From: a virus
IMG/VR virus record: IMGVR_UViG_3300008108_000036
Length of the DNA stretch: 64,000 nt
Reading direction: 5' to 3' (one strand)
The translations under genes were made by a program, and so were the position numbers. The notes under the pieces were generated by a model. That model had not been told where the DNA came from. It searched no databases and was given only the letters and a program-made list of their open reading frames with translations. The number at the start of each line of letters is the position of its first letter. Positions within the stretch are counted from its first letter, which is position 1. This document shows, one piece after another, positions 59,366 through 64,000 of this stretch.

Positions 59366-59629
59366 TTAAGAATTAAGAACTTTCCATCCCCATTTTAAAT
59401 TAAACCATTCATATTCTCTTTCAATCATGGTTTTGTTGAACTTTAAATCTTTTTTAGCTTCAGTAATAAACCATTTTTTAAAGTCTTCTGATTGAGCTTC
59501 AGTCCAGGTTTTTTGATTGTACCAATCTTCAGAGTTCCTAGTAAAATCTTCATTAAAACACTTAAACCCTACATATGTAAACATTTTATCTAAAGCCTTT
59601 TTGAGAAATTTATCAAATTTATTACTCAT
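59366..59629 (-). CDS. phage hypothetical protein
   Basis: WY...TWT..Q..DFK.W, WFNL.WGW. Confidence 0.65.
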   Translation of the reverse strand: MSNKFDKFLKKALDKMFTYVGFKCFNEDFTRNSEDWYNQKTWTEAQSEDFKKWFITEAKKDLKFNKTMIEREYEWFNLKWGWKVLNS

Positions 59630-59713
59630 TTCACGATATTCGTCGAAAACAGTTAAAAGTCAATAGAGTTAAAATATTTTATATTTTATGAATAATGATA
59701 AATACAAATAACT

Positions 59714-60763
59714 ATGAAAATCATCAGCCAAGTGCAATCCGATAAAGAATTTCAATATCCTTGTGAAGATATTTCAAAGTTTCCAATAAGTGATAAGCAT
59801 ATTAATATCATTAAAAATTTTTCAAAAGGACATAGTATCTCTCCTTCTCCTTTCATTATAAAAACTCAACAAAATATAAGTGTTCAAGGAATCTATGGAT
59901 TAGAAGTGACCTCTGGTAATTATTATTATTTTTTACAAAACAAAAACGAAAACATTTTAACCTTTTCAAAAGTTAAAATTTTAAATGTACCTTGGGGTGA
60001 AAACTATGGTCACTGTTTACATGACGTGATTCCTAAAATAATATATGAAGAAGCAAATACGGATTGTGATGTTGTGTACGTGTGTTCTAGTCCGGTTTTA
60101 AATTCGTTGGTATCATTATTTCAAATTAAATTCAGCAAAGTGGTACTATTGAACAATACAGAATTACAAATTTTTGCAAACGAAATAATTGTTGAAAATC
60201 ACGAGTCATTTCATTACAGAGACAAAAACAAAATTAAAATGCTGAAAGCGCAAATCGATAATGTTATTGAAAAACAATACAAAACCGTTATCTCAAACCG
60301 CTTAATATATTGTTCCAGAAACAGTAAAGATGTTACTCATGCCAGAAAAATGGAACCAGCTAATGAAGCTGAAATAATTTTATTGTTGAAGCAGTTTTGT
60401 GTTCAAAATAACTTAATTTTTACACTTTTTAACGGAGAAGAAAATGGAAAAACGATGAGTCACTTAAACCAACTAAAACTGTTTAGTGAGGCAACAGTGG
60501 TAATCGGACCTCATGGTAGTGCAATGGCTAATATTATATATTTAAATCCTAAAAACAATTGCAGTATATGTGAATTTACAAGTGGCACTGAAAATATAAT
60601 TTATGCAGGATCGTTTATAAAGCACTATAATATGCTATATGGACATTTGCCGAACGATTTGTTCAAATATTTTTTAATACCTTTTAATAAAGAATCAACT
60701 AATTCATGTACTTCAATTGAAATATGCAATTTACAGGAATTTTTAAAATGTCTTAGTATATAA
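59714..60763 (+). CDS. GT61 family glycosyltransferase
   Basis: NYGHCLHD, Q..LF..A.VVIGPHGSAMAN. Confidence 0.8.
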   Translation: MKIISQVQSDKEFQYPCEDISKFPISDKHINIIKNFSKGHSISPSPFIIKTQQNISVQGIYGLEVTSGNYYYFLQNKNENILTFSKVKILNVPWGENYGHCLHDVIPKIIYEEANTDCDVVYVCSSPVLNSLVSLFQIKFSKVVLLNNTELQIFANEIIVENHESFHYRDKNKIKMLKAQIDNVIEKQYKTVISNRLIYCSRNSKDVTHARKMEPANEAEIILLLKQFCVQNNLIFTLFNGEENGKTMSHLNQLKLFSEATVVIGPHGSAMANIIYLNPKNNCSICEFTSGTENIIYAGSFIKHYNMLYGHLPNDLFKYFLIPFNKESTNSCTSIEICNLQEFLKCLSI

Positions 60764-60769
60764 ATTAAT

Positions 60770-61462
60770 ATGCAACCGGAAATATATATATATATATATT
60801 GGCAAATTGCTGAAATTAACCATTGGAAAGATATTGTTTTAGAGCAAAAAGCTTTATTGGTAGAGACCGGGTTATTTGACTTAGCAAAAGAAATAAAAAT
60901 ATCATTTTTAGGTAAAGATAGAAAAAATATTAATTTTTTACTGGAAACTCATAAAAAATTCAATTTATATTTTTATAGCAACGACTTACTATTGTATGAG
61001 CGTCCTTCTTTTGTGCTAATGCAAAACGATGCTGCTGAAACTAATAAAGATTATAATATTTTTTATTTTCACGTAAAGGGAGTTTGTCATAAAGACAATA
61101 TTTTTGTTCAACAATGGAGACAAATGCTTCAAAAACATTTAATAACAAACTATAATGAGTGTATATCTCTTTTAAAAAGGTATGATGTGCTCGGATGTTA
61201 TCTACACGATGCAGGACCTGATAATAATTTTTATCCTAATGTTTTTCCTCCACACAAAAAACATTTTGCAGGAAATTTTTTTTGGACAAAAGCATCCCAT
61301 GTGAGAACATTGCCTAGTCTGAACATGTCTCATTTAAACCTTTCTGAAACTAATGTGCGGTTTTTATATGAAAGATGGATTCTGTATAACGACACAAATT
61401 TTTTCGAAGTATATAAGGATCCCAATGGACATCGCCATTTTTACCATCAAAGTCCATCATAA
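60770..61462 (+). CDS. putative glycosyltransferase-like protein
   Basis: YE, YFHVKG, WR.M, HFAGNFFW, E.WI. Confidence 0.6.
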   Translation: MQPEIYIYIYWQIAEINHWKDIVLEQKALLVETGLFDLAKEIKISFLGKDRKNINFLLETHKKFNLYFYSNDLLLYERPSFVLMQNDAAETNKDYNIFYFHVKGVCHKDNIFVQQWRQMLQKHLITNYNECISLLKRYDVLGCYLHDAGPDNNFYPNVFPPHKKHFAGNFFWTKASHVRTLPSLNMSHLNLSETNVRFLYERWILYNDTNFFEVYKDPNGHRHFYHQSPS

Positions 61463-61518
61463 AATACTGTTTAATAATTAACATCATATTCGTCGAAAAC
61501 ATTTAAAAGTCAATAATT

Positions 61519-62283
61519 TTATTTTGCGTTTTTTGTCGTTAAGATATTTTTAGCAATACGTTGTTTGAGAACTCCATTGCAAATCAAATTTAAGTTAGAA
61601 TTTGTTGTTTTTAAATTAATTACGCTATCATTTGATATATGATATAATTGATGATTTTGTTGTTCACCATTATAAAGATATACTTTACTTTCTTTTGGTA
61701 TGGTGACATTAAGAGGAGTTGCCAACCATCCGTTTTCATTAACAGAATTAAAAAAAGGCTGAATTTTATGAATCAACCACAAAAAATCTTGATCATGGAA
61801 CGTTTGTAAGTTATATTGTTGGTAATAATAAGTTAACGGTTCAGCAAATTCTTCAGAAAAATTAATAATTTGCTTTGTAAAATTTAAGTACTGCTCTGAA
61901 GTTCCTATCGCCAAGCAAGGACAATATCGATCTAAAAATGTTAATTTATTGGTAATTTGGTTTCTTGCATCATTTACTGAGAAGTTATAATTTATAACAT
62001 CATAGTCTGAAACTAAGAATGGCTCTTCCGTATTTAAACTAGCATATGCTAACCATCTCGAATAACAAGATTTACCATATTTTTTTAATGACTGCTTAGT
62101 AATTTTTATATACAACTGATCAATATTACTAAAAAAATTATTATAATATGAGCATTGAATTGCATGTTCTAAATTTAGAACTAACGTTGTAAAGCCTTGA
62201 TTTTCCCAGCTTGTTTTCCATATTTCTAAAAGTTGATCTTGTTGATCAAAACGTATGTCCTCATAATATGTACAAATACGCAT
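61519..62283 (-). CDS. putative glycosyltransferase, paralog 1 of 3
   Basis: W..SW...GF, RWLAY, SDYDVIN, DQDF. Confidence 0.7.
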   Translation of the reverse strand: MRICTYYEDIRFDQQDQLLEIWKTSWENQGFTTLVLNLEHAIQCSYYNNFFSNIDQLYIKITKQSLKKYGKSCYSRWLAYASLNTEEPFLVSDYDVINYNFSVNDARNQITNKLTFLDRYCPCLAIGTSEQYLNFTKQIINFSEEFAEPLTYYYQQYNLQTFHDQDFLWLIHKIQPFFNSVNENGWLATPLNVTIPKESKVYLYNGEQQNHQLYHISNDSVINLKTTNSNLNLICNGVLKQRIAKNILTTKNAK

Positions 62284-62285
62284 GT

Positions 62286-62987
62286 TTAGTTGGTTTTTTG
62301 CAAATAACGTTTAACAATTTCACATCTAACATGTCTGTTGTAGTTAATGTTTTGTTGCTGGCAATAAGAACGGCATGAAGCAGTAGAATAGTGAACTAGT
62401 TCTTTTTCCCAAAAAATGCCTTCTCCTGGAAATCCGAATCTCTTTGTCCTTTCCTCTGTCTTTTTAAACAAAATCGGGTTTAAAAAATGAGTAATTAATA
62501 AAAATTCCTGATCATGAAAATGAATAAATTGGTTCTGCTGAACTATCTTAATAACGTCTTTTAAGTTTTCTTCTGTAAAACTTAAAAGCGTTTGACACAT
62601 TTTTCCGAATTGAGATGAAGTACCGCTTGCGGCACAAGGACAGCACCCATTTAAAAAATGTAATTGATCATCTGGCTCGCTGATAGGAAAATGATGATTT
62701 ATAACATCATAATCACAAACGTAAAATTTTTCTTCAGGTTGAGTAGCATAAGCCAACCAACGCAACCAACAAGCTAAGCCGTAATCGCTGAGAGGTTTGC
62801 TCATTATTTGTATATGAAACTCTAAAAGTTTAGATTTAAACTCATTATACAATAAATGATTTTCAGCATCAACTTGAGATAGTACGATTGGTTGATATCC
62901 TTGATTACTCCAGCTTAGTTTCCATAAACTTAGTAATTCGTCTTGATGTTCAAATCCAATATTGTTAAAATATGTATACACTTTCAT
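62286..62987 (-). CDS. putative glycosyltransferase, paralog 2 of 3
   Basis: YGLACWLRWLAY, DYDVINH, DQEF. Confidence 0.7.
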   Translation of the reverse strand: MKVYTYFNNIGFEHQDELLSLWKLSWSNQGYQPIVLSQVDAENHLLYNEFKSKLLEFHIQIMSKPLSDYGLACWLRWLAYATQPEEKFYVCDYDVINHHFPISEPDDQLHFLNGCCPCAASGTSSQFGKMCQTLLSFTEENLKDVIKIVQQNQFIHFHDQEFLLITHFLNPILFKKTEERTKRFGFPGEGIFWEKELVHYSTASCRSYCQQQNINYNRHVRCEIVKRYLQKTN

Positions 62988-63688
62988 GAATTTTTCTTTA
63001 AGGATTCTTCGATTAAATTAACTCGAGCTTGTGGAGTAAATTTTTTCAAAAAACGTTGTAAATATAAATCACATAAAGCACTACCATAATGTACTAAAGG
63101 CTTTTTCCAAAATTCGTGCATGAGTGGAGTGCTTAAAAACGTTTCCCTATTTCTAGTCATTTTAATTAAGTTATGATCCAGCTCGTTAACAATTTGAAAA
63201 AATTCTTGATCATTAAACCAGTAAGTTTCTTGCATGTTCTTATAAATTTTTTTAAAAAAATCTTTATTATTATTTACTGTATGTATTAAGGTTTTGCACA
63301 ACCACTCAAAATCTTTTGGTCTACCACTAGCAATGCACGGGCAAGTGTGATCCAACATATATAACCCTACGAGCGGTTTTGTTGGATAAAAGTTATGATT
63401 TATAACGTCATAATCACTTACGTAAAATTCTTCATCGTTTTGTGTAGAATATGCTAGCCAGCGTAGCCAACAAGCTAATCCATATTCGGTTGGAGGTTTT
63501 CCACTTATTTCAATTGAAATTTTTCTAAGTTCATTTGAGTAGCTTGTGTAATATGGATGCTCAATACAATCTTTTCTCGACAAAACTATTGGAATAAATC
63601 CATTCTGTTGCCAACTTTGTTTCCATATTTTTAAAAGTCTGTTTGAATGTTCGAACCTAAGATCTTCATGATATGTGTAAATTTTCAT
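62984..63688 (-). CDS. putative glycosyltransferase, paralog 3 of 3
   Basis: YGLACWLRWLAY, SDYDVINH, DQEF. Confidence 0.7.
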   Translation of the reverse strand: MKIYTYHEDLRFEHSNRLLKIWKQSWQQNGFIPIVLSRKDCIEHPYYTSYSNELRKISIEISGKPPTEYGLACWLRWLAYSTQNDEEFYVSDYDVINHNFYPTKPLVGLYMLDHTCPCIASGRPKDFEWLCKTLIHTVNNNKDFFKKIYKNMQETYWFNDQEFFQIVNELDHNLIKMTRNRETFLSTPLMHEFWKKPLVHYGSALCDLYLQRFLKKFTPQARVNLIEESLKKNS

Positions 63689-63998
63689 TTTGTTTGTTGT
63701 CTATATTAAGAGTTCTCGAACAATACTTTTCATATAATTTTTGATCGTACATAGTTCTATTATAGAAAAACTCTTTAGCTTCTTCGTTTAAATCATTAAA
63801 AGTCGTTTTTGGCTTATTGGTGCTTTCATTTCTCGAAACTAATTGTCCGTTAAACTCATTTGGCAATTTGCTGTAATCTATTTCATAACATTCTTGTAAT
63901 ATTTTTGTTAATACTAAATTCGTTTTTTTTGTGCTATCTATAACAAAAAATGAATTTAAATATTGTGTCGTATTTTCATAATGTTGTTCAGTTATAAT
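63666..63998 (-). CDS. 3' part of a sulfotransferase-like gene, paralog of 48964; starts beyond the window
   Basis: frame open to the window edge; LNSF..TF..L....F.NRT..DQ.LY shared with 48964. Confidence 0.6.
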   Translation of the reverse strand: MITEQHYENTTQYLNSFFVIDSTKKTNLVLTKILQECYEIDYSKLPNEFNGQLVSRNESTNKPKTTFNDLNEEAKEFFYNRTMYDQKLYEKYCSRTLNIDNKQNENLHIS

Positions 63999-64000
63999 TT

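Larger units (their letters stand above)
59636..61515. repeat. 30-bp direct repeats (59636-59665, 61486-61515) flanking a two-gene inverted insert
   Basis: atattcgtcgaaaaca(g/t)ttaaaagtcaata, 29/30 identical. Confidence 0.85.

Noticed and set aside
1-64000. Stop-codon reassignment
   Set aside because: Standard code gives dense full-length genes; TAA, TAG and TGA all terminate tag-defined ends

Overview
AT-rich (~30% GC), gene-dense 64 kb segment that reads as part of a large T4-like/jumbo dsDNA phage genome in the standard genetic code. It has Rnl1-type RNA ligase, ThyX, YopX, HNH and many small phage ORFs, but no structural module. A 1.4k-aa PEP-CTERM beta-helix protein and a Verru_Chthon-type pilin-like protein point to a Verrucomicrobia host. 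Main observation: about 22 otherwise unrelated or loosely related proteins carry one or both of two short terminal peptide tags. The N-tag is MK(S/T)KDQxLLE(E/L)xY (18 genes) and the C-tag is KLPE(L/I)(E/K)G(I/V/L)F-stop (17 genes). Twelve consecutive C-tagged genes form an array at 28952-35737, and orphan decayed tag copies lie elsewhere. This looks like an undescribed two-address protein-targeting system, probably for virion packaging and delivery of cargo proteins (inference). Also present: two candidate non-coding RNAs (~100 nt at 10530 and ~550 nt at 21430-21980), ~20 glycan-synthesis/modification genes in islands often flanked by duplicated decaying sequence, and late-type and sigma70-type promoter motifs placed so close to start codons that the mRNAs would be leaderless. 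All calls are by eye; no searches were run.
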